NCBI GenBank assembly: GCA_943704425.1
Contig: CALSCP010000141.1
Coordinates: forward strand, 9,567-73,566
DNA: 64,000 nucleotides
DNA from: Ministeria vibrans ATCC 50519
Lineage: Eukaryota; Protista; Filasterea
Direction of reading: 5' to 3'
The stretch's first letter is position 1. Each line of letters opens with the position of its first letter. A model generated the notes under the pieces. It did not search any database and was not told where the DNA came from. It saw nothing but the letters and a program-made list of their open reading frames with translations. The position numbers and the translations under genes were made by a program. Of this stretch, positions 11,901-24,600 are shown one piece after another.

Positions 11901-14900
11901 TCAAAAGGAAGAGATTTGCAAACTGTCCGTCGGCACTCGTGTCGTGAAAGAGCTCGTACACGAGACGTGCGGGTGTCGCCGAGCGCAACAAAAGCTCGGG
12001 CTCGGATGCGGGCGATCGGGTCGACGACGCAACACTATTCAAGCTACTGCTACTCGTCGTTGTCGTTGTTGTCACCGTCGTCTTCGGAGACGGTGGTGTT
12101 GACGGGGTGCTTTCGGGTGGCGTGCGCACCGCCACCTTCTCGTAAATGGCCACGACATGGCCATTCTCTTCGACTTGATGTGTCACGAGTGCACTCTCAC
12201 GCGCGTGCATCACAACGTCACGTGGGACGCTCGCACAGAGCGTTGTTGTGTCACGGCACACCGCCGAGTAGGCTGCCCATTGGCCCTTCACCAGCGCACC
12301 CGCCCCAAACGCCTGTCCGTCCGCCAGCGTGTCGATCACCTCGCCAGCAAACATGAGATCCACCTTGCCCATCAGCACCACATACCAATCGGCGGTGGCG
12401 CAGGTGCTCTCACTGAAGATTTCGGTGCCCTCAATATGGTACCACTGGGCCACCATGTCGGCACACACGCGTCGACACACGGACTTGTGCTCGCTCTCAA
12501 ACGCCGACAGTTGGATCAGCGTCGACACGAGTGTGCTGACGTCATCTTGCGAGCGTTCTCCAGGCGCCTGCGACAGAATCTGCAAAATGGCATCTTCGCT
12601 GTTGTCGACATCGCACAGGTCGTAAAAAAGCGCCGATGCTTCGTCTTCAACGTCATCCGACAAATGCGACGACGAGGCGTCGGAGAAACCGCGCGTGCGC
12701 AGCAGCGCTGAGCTGGTGCCAAACGACGGGCGCGGCACGGCCAAGCCTTGTTGCTGCAGGCGATGTTCGCGGTGGCGCTGCATGGGCGACGGTGAGGGAG
12801 CCAACAGGGCGGACATGGGCGGCGAAGAGGGACTCGCCGTGGCCATGCCGCTTCCGTTACGTTGGTGTGACGACAGACGGGAGGAGAAAGAAAGCTCGGA
12901 GTTTTGGCGACGGGCGCGTGGCGGTGTGACCAGTATGGCGGCAACGGGCGCCGAGCGCACAGTCTGCTTGTCGTGCGCAACGCCACTGCTGCTGCGTCGC
13001 CTGACGGTTGGCGAAAAGATGGCAGAGAGGGCGGTGATACTGTCGTCGGGAGAGGCGCCGTCGCCTTGTGCAACACTCTGCCGAGACGACGAGGCTGCCG
13101 TGACGACCATGGCGGGCACAAACTTGGCGGGAATGCGGATATATGTACAGGGTTCTTCGACGACGAGGGTCGTGGCGCGCACCAGTGCTGCGCCCGCAGG
13201 ACTCTCCAGACTCGCTCGCGCATCGGCGACACCACAGCGGTTTCCCGCACAACGTAGACGCACACCTGCCGTAGCGTGCATCTCCCACATGCTGCCACTA
13301 AGCACAATGGCAAACCAGTCGACGGATGGCTGGTTCTCCTGGGCGACAATGTGTCCTTGTTCAGGTGCATCGACAAACTCAAGGGAGCGACAAAACTCTT
13401 CAATGTTGTCACTCGCCACGTCGCACTTGAAGAAAAGGTCCAGACGTCGAAGAGTATTCTCAATGATGACCAGGTCGCCGGCAGTGCGCTCCGGACCGAC
13501 ATGACGCAGTGCAGCGTAGAACTCGTCGGAGGCGACAAACTCCTGTTCGAACGTCGACAACTCCTTCTCCGTCATACTGTTGCGATGGTCAACCAAGTGC
13601 GTCTTGCCGTGCAGCAAAAGCAGTGAGGGTGACGACGTCTGCTGCTGATGCATCTTGCCCATGGCCGACGAGAGAGACTTGCGCAAACGCGGTGATGGGC
13701 CAAGGGCCAAGTTGGACGGTCCATCGACACGCACGGTGTCACTTTGGTCTGTCGCGCTGTCGTGATCAACGTCGTCCTCGCAGTTCACCAATTGGATGCC
13801 GTGACGCGACATGAGGTGTTGCGAAAGAGGGGCAATAATAGGAGTCGGGGCGAGGGTGGCGTCTTCGCCAATGGAGTCGAGTGAGAGGGCGTCGCATGAG
13901 GCGCGTTTGGTGTGGCGCGAACGAGGCGACGAAAGACTCACGGGGGTGGCGCTGCCACTCGAATCGTTGTCAAGCGGGACAAACGGCTCCAATTGGGGTG
14001 AGTCGGTGCCTTGGCGCTCCTCATCAAGTGCGTCCAGCTGCTGTGCCTCCTGGGCAATATCAAGCAGAGAGCGCTTGGAGGACCGATGTTCGCCAACGCC
14101 AGTCTGTCGTTGTTGTTGTTGTTGTTGTTGTTGTTGTTGCGACGCGGCCGTCAACAAGCTATCGTGTGAATGCCACTTATTACGTGTAAGGGTGGAAGGG
14201 GACAACGAAGAGCGAGCGCCGTTGGGAGAGGTCGTGAACAGAGAGGAGGTGGAGTGGTAGACATTTCCGTGGTGAGTGTTCGTGTTCGACTCGGTCTCGG
14301 CAACCGCTGCTGCCGAGCGGGCAGTCAACAATAGACCGAGTCCGTCAATTTCGCGGTTGTCGTTGTTGTGGTCGTTGTTGTGGTCGTTGTGTTCAAGCGC
14401 GTGAAAGGTACGCATGGTCGCTTTCAGAGGCGACCGTTGATGCTGACTGGTCGCCGACGAGTCGACTGCTTCGGCGCTACTTGCTGACACCATGTTGGCA
14501 TTGGAGTGTGCTGCTCCGCCCTCAGTCGACTGAACGTTGGGCAGTTGCGCCGTCCGTGCGGCGCCGGCTGTCTCGGTTGTGCCGGAGCGGTGCGAGGCGC
14601 GAGGTACTGCTGGCGGCTCCAAATTTGAACTTGGTGGCGGTAGAACAAAGTTGGGGACCGCTGTAGCGGACGGCGCCGCGGAAGATCGAACGGAAGTGGA
14701 CTGAGCAACTACGGGCGAGGTTGGCAAGGCGGGGGGGTGCGTGGTGGTGGGAGAAGCAGCAGTTTTTGCAGTCGATGGCGATCGAGCAGAAGTTTTAAAA
14801 GACGGCGGCGAGTGCGCGTTGTCGCCCCTCAACGACACGGGCGAGTGCGCCAGTAAGGGCTCTGGAGACATGCCAACGAGTGCGGCGTAGTGCTCTTCGG

Positions 14901-15225
14901 TTTTGATGAATCCGGTTTTGTCCGACAAGTCAAGCGATGAGGTCCTCTCCATCATTACTTCGCTTTGGAGAGCCTCCGCGAGGTGGTCCAGCGGATTGAA
15001 GGCCTTGCGTACCACTGCTGGTCGTGACTGGGCAATGTGCACAGGCGTGGGTGGGCCACCAACGGCTGGATAAGCGTTGCGTGTTGCATGACTCAAGTCG
15101 CTTTCGCCGAGTTTCTCGATCGATGATCGCCCGCCTGCCGGCCCCTCGCGCGACAACTCTACGGTGGGTGCCACCTGCGACGATGGGCGCGCCGTCGGCG
15201 TTGTGTGCTCGTCTATTCTTGACAT
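8622..15225 (-). CDS. RapGEF2/6-like guanine exchange factor: 2 cNMP-binding-like domains, REM, RA, CDC25 RasGEF
   Basis: CNB-like segments (WFAIVLSGSM, WYVVLMGKVD..GQAFG), REM (LRSATPARLV..FLLT..LLKKWLWEYPEDF), RA-like VVRVYNPD, and CDC25 (FNHLTRWVVTEIV, AVLSGLSSTAVRRLKETW, VPFFPLVLKDL, GLVNV). Three short 3' exons end at TAA 8622-8624; the last exon is less certain. Confidence 0.85.
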
Positions 15226-15628
15226 GATCGCCGCCCCCCCTCAGACCACTCTCACAGCGATCCAACAGCGCTGTTGGGACCCAAGTAAAAGAGGAAAGGC
15301 GTTTCAAGGCTTGCGACCAGCGTGCACACCAGAAAAAAAAAAAGAAAAAAAAAAGAGCTGAACTCCCAAAGAATGCGCGCGCCACAATGACACGGATTCA
15401 GGGGACTGTGCGCACTGCGCCACCCCTGGCGAAGTATCAACCATCCTGGTGTATGGGTACGACTGACGACTGACGACTTGCGTCCCTCGTCTCTCCACCA
15501 TCGTTTGTGTCTTTTCTGATCGCCATTCGTTATCTGAAACTTTTTACTCTTGCCACTTTTTTCTTATCTTTTTTGAGTTTTGCCCCAAAAAAAGAAAGAA
15601 GAAATAAAAAAGAGAAAAAAGAGGCGAA

Positions 15629-18600
15629 ATGCATCGAAAGACCCTCTTTCTCGCTGTAGCGGCCGCCGTCTTGGCGTACGCTGTGGCTCCTGCCCATTCT
15701 GCAGCCGTCGCCGCTGCCGAAGACGACCTGGCCAGCTCACTGGCCGACCAAATCGAAATCCAACAACTCCCCACCCTCCTTCAAGATGCAGCAGTCGCGC
15801 TGTCTGGCCAACTCCCCGAGACGGATCTCACTGTCCAACGTCGCTTTCTGAGCTCGCGCCGGCGCAGTTCGCGCCGTCGTCGTCGGTACGAGCTGAGTCT
15901 CAAAACAGAAGAACAAAAAACAATCAAAACAACGCTCACCAAAAAAAAAAAAAACATTCTATTGGTTTTCATTTCAACGCTCATGTTTCCNNNNNNNNNN
16001 NNNNNNNNNNNNNNNNNNNNNNNNNNNNNNNNNNNNNNNNNNNNNNNNNNNNNNNNNNNNNNNNNNNNNNNNNNNNTTTTTTTTTTTTTTTTTTTTGCTC
16101 TCTTCGTTTATATTATTCGCGCGCAACCCAACTCCCACACGCCCTCTCGCTCTATGCCCGTTTTTAATAGTCGCACTTTTGACCCATGTGTATCTCCTCC
16201 CGTCTCCCCTCCCAGGATCTTCTCCATTTCGCGTCGTCGAAGCTCGCGTCGTCGCTCGAGCACCCGTCGTCGATTCTTCACCACCCGACGCCGCTTCACC
16301 ATTGCCCGTCGGCGTCGTCGCTTTGTGTCGCGCCGTCGCTTTATCACTCGTCGTCGCTTCATCTCGCGCCGCCGTCGTCGTCGTCGTGTCAGCACCCGTC
16401 GTCGTGTCGTCTCGCGTCGTCGTGTGGTTACACGCCGTCGCGCGGCTCAGGTGTGTGTCCCAGGCCAGTACCGTGTGGGTCTGAGCTGTGGCAACTGCGC
16501 TGCCGGCCGTTTCACCTCGAGTGGCACCGCCACCACCTGTACTCTGTGTGCAGCCGGGCGCTACTCGGGCCCTGTTGCCTCCAGCTGTACCTTCTGTGCC
16601 GGCGGCAAATACAGCGGCTCGGGCGCCTCTGTGTGTCTCAACTGCGCAGCCGGAAAACGCTCGTCCGGTAACACGTGTGTGCCTTGCAGCAGCGGTACCT
16701 ACTCGCCCGCTGCCGGCCTTGCCTCCTGTACTTCATGCCCCACCGGTCGCTACGCTCCCTCGAGCTCCGTCGGCAACTCGGTGTGCTCTCAGTGTCAGGC
16801 TGGACGCGCCGCCCTCGCCTCGGGCTCTTCCTCTTGCTCCACCCTCTGTGGTGCCGGTTTTTACTCGGCGGCAGGCGCCGCCGCTTGTTCTCAGTGCGCT
16901 CAAGGCTCCTACTCGACCGGCACACAAAATGCTCAGTGCACAAACTGCCCGGTGGGTCGCTACGCCGACCTCACAGGCTCTGTCACGTGCAGCCCGTGCG
17001 CCCCCGGCTACATCAACAGCGCTGCTGGCGCCCAGAACCAGTGCAACACCCCGTGTGCCGCCGGTACCTTCTCGGCCGGGGGTGTCTCGATGTGCAGCTC
17101 CTGCGCCGCCGGAACGTACAGTGCCTCCGCTGCCTCGACCTGCCTCACCTGCACTGCAGGTCGCTTTAGCTTCGCCTCCGCCTCGCTGTGCAGCACGTGC
17201 GACGCTGGAAGATTCTCGCTTGCAAACCAGGGTGATTCATGCAACCAGTGCGGCGCTGGCTCGTACAGCGCTGCCGGCTCCTCCGCCTGTACCCAGTGTA
17301 GCGCGGGCTCAGTCACCGCCTCGCCCGGCTCCGGTTCGTGTGCTCCCTGTGCCCCTGGCAAGTTCCAGGCCACACCCGGTATGCAAATTTGCTCTACCTG
17401 CCCTGGCGGCACCTACTCGCTCTCGGGCGCCACCACTTGTATCACGTGCGGTGAAGGCACCGTCTCGCTCGCGGGCGCCTCTGCTTGTACCACATGCGCC
17501 GCTGGCTACCAAAGTGGCCCGCCCGGCAGCGAAACGTGCAAGCCGTGCGAACAAGGCTCCACCAGTGTTGCCCAGTCGTCGTCGTGCACACCCTGTCCGG
17601 CCGGAACCGCCGCGCCGCCCAACGGCGTTGGCCTTTGCATGGCATGTGTCGCCGGAACCTACTCCGCCTCCACTGGAAGCACCACTTGTATTTCATGTCC
17701 GCTCGGCACGGCCATGGCTATTGCGGGCGCCACCACATGTCACGCGTGTACCGCCGGCACCTACTCCGGCAAACTTCCCGCTGCCACTGTCTGCCAGTCA
17801 TGCCTAGCCGGTTCCGCCTCGTCCGCCAGCGCCTCGTCCTGCACCGTCTGTCCTCCGGGCACGTCGGCCCCCTCGACCAATAGCCACATGTGTTCACCGT
17901 GCGCCGACGGCTCCTACAACTTCGGCTCGGGCAACACAGCCTGCATTCAGTGTCCGGCTGCTCACTTTTGCAACGATGGCGTCATCCAGACTTGCCCGAC
18001 TGGTCACTACGCTCTTGCTGGTGTCGCAGAGTGCACCGCGTGCGAACCAGGTTACATGTGTGTGAATGGAACCCGTCAAGCGTGTCCCGTTGGTACGTAC
18101 CAGGGCGCTGCCATGGCCACATCGTGCAATTTCTGCCCCAACGGTCAGTATCAGCCACTGACTGGCCACACCGAGTGTGTCGCATGCCCTCTCGGTAACA
18201 GCTGTGTCGACGGAGTCGTGACGCCCTGCATCGCGTCGACGTACGCCAGCGCTCCAGGCTCCTCTGTGTGCATCACTTGCTCGTCCGGCACCTACACTGA
18301 CCAGCCCGGCATGTCCACTTGCGCTAGCTGTGCCAAGGGAAACTTCTGCGTCAACGGCATCTCGTCGCCCTGCGTCGCCGGTACCTACTCGCACCTCAAC
18401 TCGGCGGGCGCTAGCGTCTGCGACGTCTGTCCCATCGGCTCGCAATGCCCCTCTGGTGGCGTCAAATTACCTTGCCCCACCGGCACGCACCAGCCTCTTG
18501 CCGGCCAGACGGTCTGTCTCACTTGTACGGCTGGCGCCGTCTGCCAGGGTGGCACTGCCGAGGTGTGTCCCGACGGCTTGCACAACCCAAACACAGCTTC

Positions 18601-21600
18601 CACCGTTTGCATTTCCTGCTCTGTCAATCACGCTTGCACTCAGGGTGTCATGACGCCCTGTCCCGATGGTTTTTACACGCCGTCGACAGGCGCCTCGTCG
18701 TGCACTCCGTGTCCCGCCGGCTCGTACTGTGTCGCGGGGGTTGGCATTTCCCCGTGCGCTGCTGGCTCCTTCCAGGCACAGACTCAGCAGTCCGTCTGCG
18801 AGACCTGCTCGCTTGGCAGCGCTTGTGTCAACGGTGTTGAGACTCTCTGCGCCGCGGGTACCTACACCAACACGACAGGTGCATCCGCGTGCGAGACATG
18901 CTTTGCTCGTCACTCGTGCTCCAACGGTATCATTCACTTGTGTGACGAAGGTCTTCATCAGCCTGCCGTCGGCGCGTCCACTTGTGTCGCGTGTCCCATT
19001 GGTCACTACTGTACCAGCGGTCTCTCCAACCCGTGTCCGGTGGGCCATTCGTGTAACCTTGGACAACTGTCGCAGTGCCAGCCGGGGACATTTACCGAGA
19101 CGGAAGGTCAGACCACCTGTGTCGACTGTCCCGCCGCCCACTACTGTGCCAATGGCAATCGCATCCTTTGCGAACAAGGCCTGTACTCCGCCAACGCTGG
19201 TGCCTCCGTCTGCTCGGTCTGTCCCGTCGGCAGCGCCTGTGTCGACGGTGTTGCCACCGTGTGCCCCGCCGGTCAGCACCAGCCGTCCCTTGGTCAGTGG
19301 ACTTGCACTAGCTGCCCCGTCTCCTCCTCGTGTAACCTTGGCATCGCCACTGTCTGTCCCGACGGCTCGTTCACCAGCAAGATTGGACAGAGCGCTTGCC
19401 TTTCGTGCGTCGCCGGTAATCGTTGTACCAATGGCGCTACGGAGCCTTGCCCCAACGGCCAATACCAGAACATGACAGGCGCGTCCACGTGCCACAGCTG
19501 CAACGCAGGCTCGCGCTGCGTCAACGGCCTTGAACTGCGTTGCCCCGAAGGCACGCACCAGCCCTTGGGCGGCCAGACCGTGTGCATCGACTGTGCCATC
19601 GGCAGCTTTTGTACCGGTGGCAGCAGCCAGGTGTGTCCCGCCGGGGCATACCAGAGCGCGCCGCGCATGTCCTCGTGCGACTCGTGTCCCATTGGCTTTG
19701 CTTGCAACAACGGTGTCGAATCCGCGTGCCTGCCCGGCTCCCATCAGCCCAACGTTGGCTCGAGTGTGTGCCTCAACTGTGCCGTCGGCCACATGTGTGT
19801 GGGTGGTGCCAATCCTCAGACAGTGTGCGCGCCTGGCTCGTACCAGCCGTCGGCAGGTGCCTCTACCTGCACCACCTGTCCCGCATTGCACTCGTGCGAG
19901 GGTGGTGCAACCGCCCGGGTGTGTGGAGCTGGCACCTACCAAGATCAGACGGGACAGTCTGTGTGCAAGGAGTGCGCCATCGGCTCGTACTGCATCCAGG
20001 CCGTTTCGACACTGTGCCCCGCCGGCTTTTATACCGACGTTGTCGGCCAAAGCGTCTGTTCTGTCTGCCCCGTCGGTAGCATGTGCGCACAGGGTATACA
20101 GACACCGTGTGCGCCAGGTCAGCACCAGCCGAGCACGCAGGCGTCCGTCTGCATCGGCTGCGAGGCCCGCCACTACTGTGTTCAGGGCACTCAAAGCATC
20201 TGTGCCGACGGTCAGTACCAGCCGGCCGAGGGTGCATCGGTGTGCAAGTCATGCGAGGCTCGCTACATGTGTACCCAAGGGGTGCGCACTCTGTGTCCCA
20301 ACGGCTACTACCAGGAGGCAAGCGAGCAGGCCTCGTGTGTCGCCTGTCCCGACGGCTACCAATGCTTCAACGGCACGCGCACCATGTGTGCCGATGGTCT
20401 TTTCTCCGACGCCAGCACGCAGTTTATTTGTTCGGTTTGTCCCGCCGCTCACTCGTGCTCCTCGGGCATCAAGGCCCCCTGCGCGGTCGGCTTGCATCAG
20501 CCAGCGTCTAGCCAATCATCGTGTCTCTCGTGCGCTGTCGGCTCGTACTGCCTCGGCGGTGTGAGTACCCAGTGTCCTGAGGGCCTCTACACCAACGGTT
20601 TTGGCTCGACTATTTGCAGCTCGTGTACACCGGGCTCTTTCTGCACCGCGGGTCTTATTGAAGCATGTCCCGCCGGCTCGTACCAGGCCGCTGGCAACGC
20701 CACCGACTGCATCACCTGTCCCGTGGAGCACTACTGCCCCGCCGGTGCACCAAATGCTATCATGTGTGCGCCAGGCTTCTACCAGACCCAAGCAGGCTCG
20801 TCTTCGTGCGACTCGTGCAACGTTGGCTTTGCCTGCGAAAACGGCATCCAAACTCAGTGTGGCGACGTCGACATGGGCGGCACATACACCAACAAGACTG
20901 GCGAGCCGCAATGTCTTGATTGTCCCATCGACGGATCCGTCTACTGTACCAACGGTCTCGCGTACCCGTGTCCCGGCGGCTACAACTGCACCAATGGTCT
21001 CAAGGAGGACATTCCCGAGTGTGACAGCAACAACGGCAAGGGCGACTGCATGCAGCAGTGTCTCGAGCTCATTGGCTCCTACAAGTGTCACTGCGACAAC
21101 GGCTACTACCTCGTGGGCAACGGTACCATGCCCAATGGTTGTGTACTCTCGAGTCAGACCGCACCGCCTACCAACAGCAACCCGGCGACGATTACGTCCG
21201 TGACACCCCTCGTGGGTTTGCTCCGCACCGAGATGAACATTACGCTCAGCGGCACAAACTTCAACAATCAGCCTGTCATTGAGTGCTTCGTCGAGGCGAC
21301 CGGTGTTCACGCGGGTCTCCTTGTGGGCCACTCGGTTGCAGTGGACGCACCTGGCTCGCCCGCCGACAAGCGCGTTTGCTCGATGCCCTACTTTTCGGAC
21401 GTAAGCCAGGAAGTGACGCTGTCCTTTAGCGGCGACGGTGGACATACTTTCTTTACGCAGCCATCAAACACGGACATGGTCTTCACTTACTGGGCTCCCG
21501 CTCCGTTTCCTCTCGTCGCACGCTTCAGTGACCTTGGCTACACCATTTCCGTTCTGTTCAATTCGTCGGCCGGTCCGCGCACAAACGACATCAACAAGAG

Positions 21601-24600
21601 CCAGTGCAGTCGCTACTTCTCGGCGAGCACTGTGGCGGCCCTCGGCGGCTCGGGCGCCACTTGTACCTTCCCTGGCAACGGAAAGGCACCAAGCAACGAG
21701 ATGCTAATCACGCTCGCCTCGGGCGCCACCATTCTGCCCGGTGACATGATTACTTTTGCCGCCAGTAACTTTGGCGCTGGTGGTGTTATCGAACCTGGTC
21801 AGGCATTTGCTGAGTCCACTAGCGCCTCAGTCGAGGTGCTGCGTCCCCTCAATCCGACCGTGCCCGACATTGTCCTTGATGGCGCCAACACCATCTCGGC
21901 GTGCAACAACCTCGAGTTGACAGTGTACCCACTGGGTGGCACGGCTGGACGCCCGCTTACATACACATGGCACGTCACCAGTTCGGCCGACAACTGGGGC
22001 ACCTATGGCACCGATGTCGTTGAGCTGCTCGCCTCGTCGGATGTCACAACGGGAATTCTTATTTACAACGAGTACCTTGAGTCGGGCGCCAACTACACCT
22101 TCGATGTGGTCGCCACGAACATTTTCAATGTGAGCAGCGATGCCCTCGACACTGTCTCGGTGCTTGTTTCGCCCGATCATGTGCCCTCGGTGACCGTTGT
22201 GGGCGACTCGGCGTCGGTGCAGCGAGACGAAGAACTTGTCTTTGTCGGTGACCTTGCCATTTCCGTGTGTGCGAACCAGACCAAGACGAGCCAAGTGTAC
22301 ACCTGGAGCATTCTGCCGCATGCCGTGCTGGGTTCGTCGCGCAATTCGCGCACACTTGCCATCATGCCAGGCGCCCTCAATGTGTCCACCACCTACGAAT
22401 TGACGCTTACCGTCGACATCGTCGACAACATCAACAACATTCTGTTGTCAACCGGCTCCGACTCGACCACCATCTCGGTGGTCTCTGCGTTGCCCGAGGT
22501 CATTGTACGCGACGGTTCGCATCGTCTTCAGTCGACGTCGCTGCCGCTCCTCGTCGAGGCGGCCTGCTATGATCCCAACGTTGCCGGCGGCGAGTGCAGC
22601 TACACTTGGTCTTGTATGTTTACTGCCCGCGATGCCACCAGCGCCGCACCCTGTGTCGGTGTGGATCTTTCCTTGAACAAGACGGCCGTGATCGAGTTTG
22701 AGGCGTCGAGCCTTGCACTCACCGACGGTGGCTTTTACACCTTTAGTGTGACCGCTTCCAAGGCAGACGGACGGACGTCAACTCCCGGCGCCCCCGGCAC
22801 TTCCGTCACGATTGAGATTGTCGACGACAACCAGGCGGCCGGCATCACCATCAACCCGATCGGCGAGCTGTTCACCAAGCCCATTGCCAATTCCAACGAA
22901 CGTCTCCTGCTCGTCGCCAACACCCAGCTGCCGCCCTACCTCGAATTGCTCGAGAGCGAGGGTGAAGGCGAGGGTGAATTCATTGGCGACCTTGGTGAGG
23001 GCGAAGGCGAGGGAGATGTGTTCATGGGCGACCTCGACTCAGACTTTTTCAATGCGGAGGGTGTCGTGTACCCCATCACGTGGACCATGGTGAAGAATGC
23101 TATTCCCAACTTTGAGCAAGTATTGTGCTCGAGCGCGACCGACTCGTCGCTGTGCGTCGAGGCGAACTCGCTGCTTCCAGGCGTCACCTATTCGTTCAAT
23201 GCATCCGCGGCGCGCGGCTGGGCTGTCTACGAAGTGAGCATCAATGGCATTCCAGCGCTCGCGGCCAAATCAGCGCCGCTGACGGCCACTCCCGTGAGTC
23301 CGTCGGTGAGCAAGGGCAACGCTCTCGAGACTGTCTACACCATTTCGGCCGGCTCGTGGTCGTCGCCGACGGGTGGTCAGCTGTCGTACGTCTTCTCGGT
23401 CGGTCCCATGATTGGCGGTACGCGTTTGTCACCCCAGCTGCCGGTCGGTGGCAACTTCAAGACGGTACTGCCGGCGTCGGTGACGGAAGGCACGACGCGT
23501 CGCCGTGGCGAGGATGGCACTATTGAACTGTTTGTGACGGTCATTGATCGCAAGACGGGCGCCATGAGCAATGGCACTGTCCAAGTGGAGATTCTCAACC
23601 CGAACGTGGACGACGGTGGTACCGCCGACGAGAACGACGGACCTCTCTCGGCCTTCCTAAACACAACCCTGGCATCCGTGGTGCCCGCCACCAATGTCCA
23701 CGAGTATCTGGTAGTGGCCGACTCGGCGCTTGACATGATTCGCGAGGTAACCTTTGACGGCGACACTGGCTCCTACACCTGCCCGCCCCAGCTGAGCAAC
23801 ACGCTGGGCATCATTCTGCGCGGTGTCCGCGTCTGCCTGGCCGTGAGTACTCACACCACCCTCGAGACGGCTCACATTGTCTCGGTGGTGCGCAAAATTA
23901 GTTCGCGTGCCAAGTGCTTGAGCGAGGCTCAGCTGGTCCTGGCCCGCAAGCTGGTCGACCAAGGACTGTTGTTGTGGCAACTGCCGCGTGATGTCTTCCG
24001 TGCCGAGGGCGGCATTGTGACGTCGAGCGACATGAACATGCTCACGATGCAGTCGGTGGTGTCCGTGATGGCGAGCACACTCCACGTGAACACGTCGATG
24101 GACCTCGAGGCAGATCCACTTGTGGGTTTGTCAGCCAACGACTACGACGACGGTGTGGAGGACGCCGGGCGAACGACGCAAAACATTCTGGAGCAGGTGG
24201 GACACTCGGCGATGCGCCACTCGTCTGAGAGCGAGGGCACCATTACGATTGCGAGCGACAACGGTGCCATGGCCGTAACCTTGGGCAGCTTTGTCGCGAC
24301 GCGCCAGGGCGTGCCGCTGACTGTGGGTGGTGGCTCATGTCCCACTGAGGCCTGCTACGTCAACGTGACGCTCGACGCGCAGTACTTTGAGCTGCCGGAC
24401 CTGCTCAACTTTGTGCTCATGATTACGCACTACGCCGAGACTCCATTTAGCGCGGGCGTGGGCTCTGACGGCGAGCGTCTTGGCTCGGTGACGGGCACAT
24501 GCGCGACCACACAGTTTACCGACGTGACGCTGCTGGCACAAGGTGGTCTTGATTGGACCGCTCTGTCCGTTGTCGACGTCGATGTGCCAATTAACATTTC

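Noticed and set aside
15886-16215. ORF track reads the 3231-aa protein continuously through the N gap
   Set aside because: The segment has GT/AG ends and poly-A/T content; it is an intron that happens to stay in frame.
18467-21445. Long antisense ORFs opposite the Cys-rich repeats
   Set aside because: Expected from GC-rich codon bias; no recognisable motifs.
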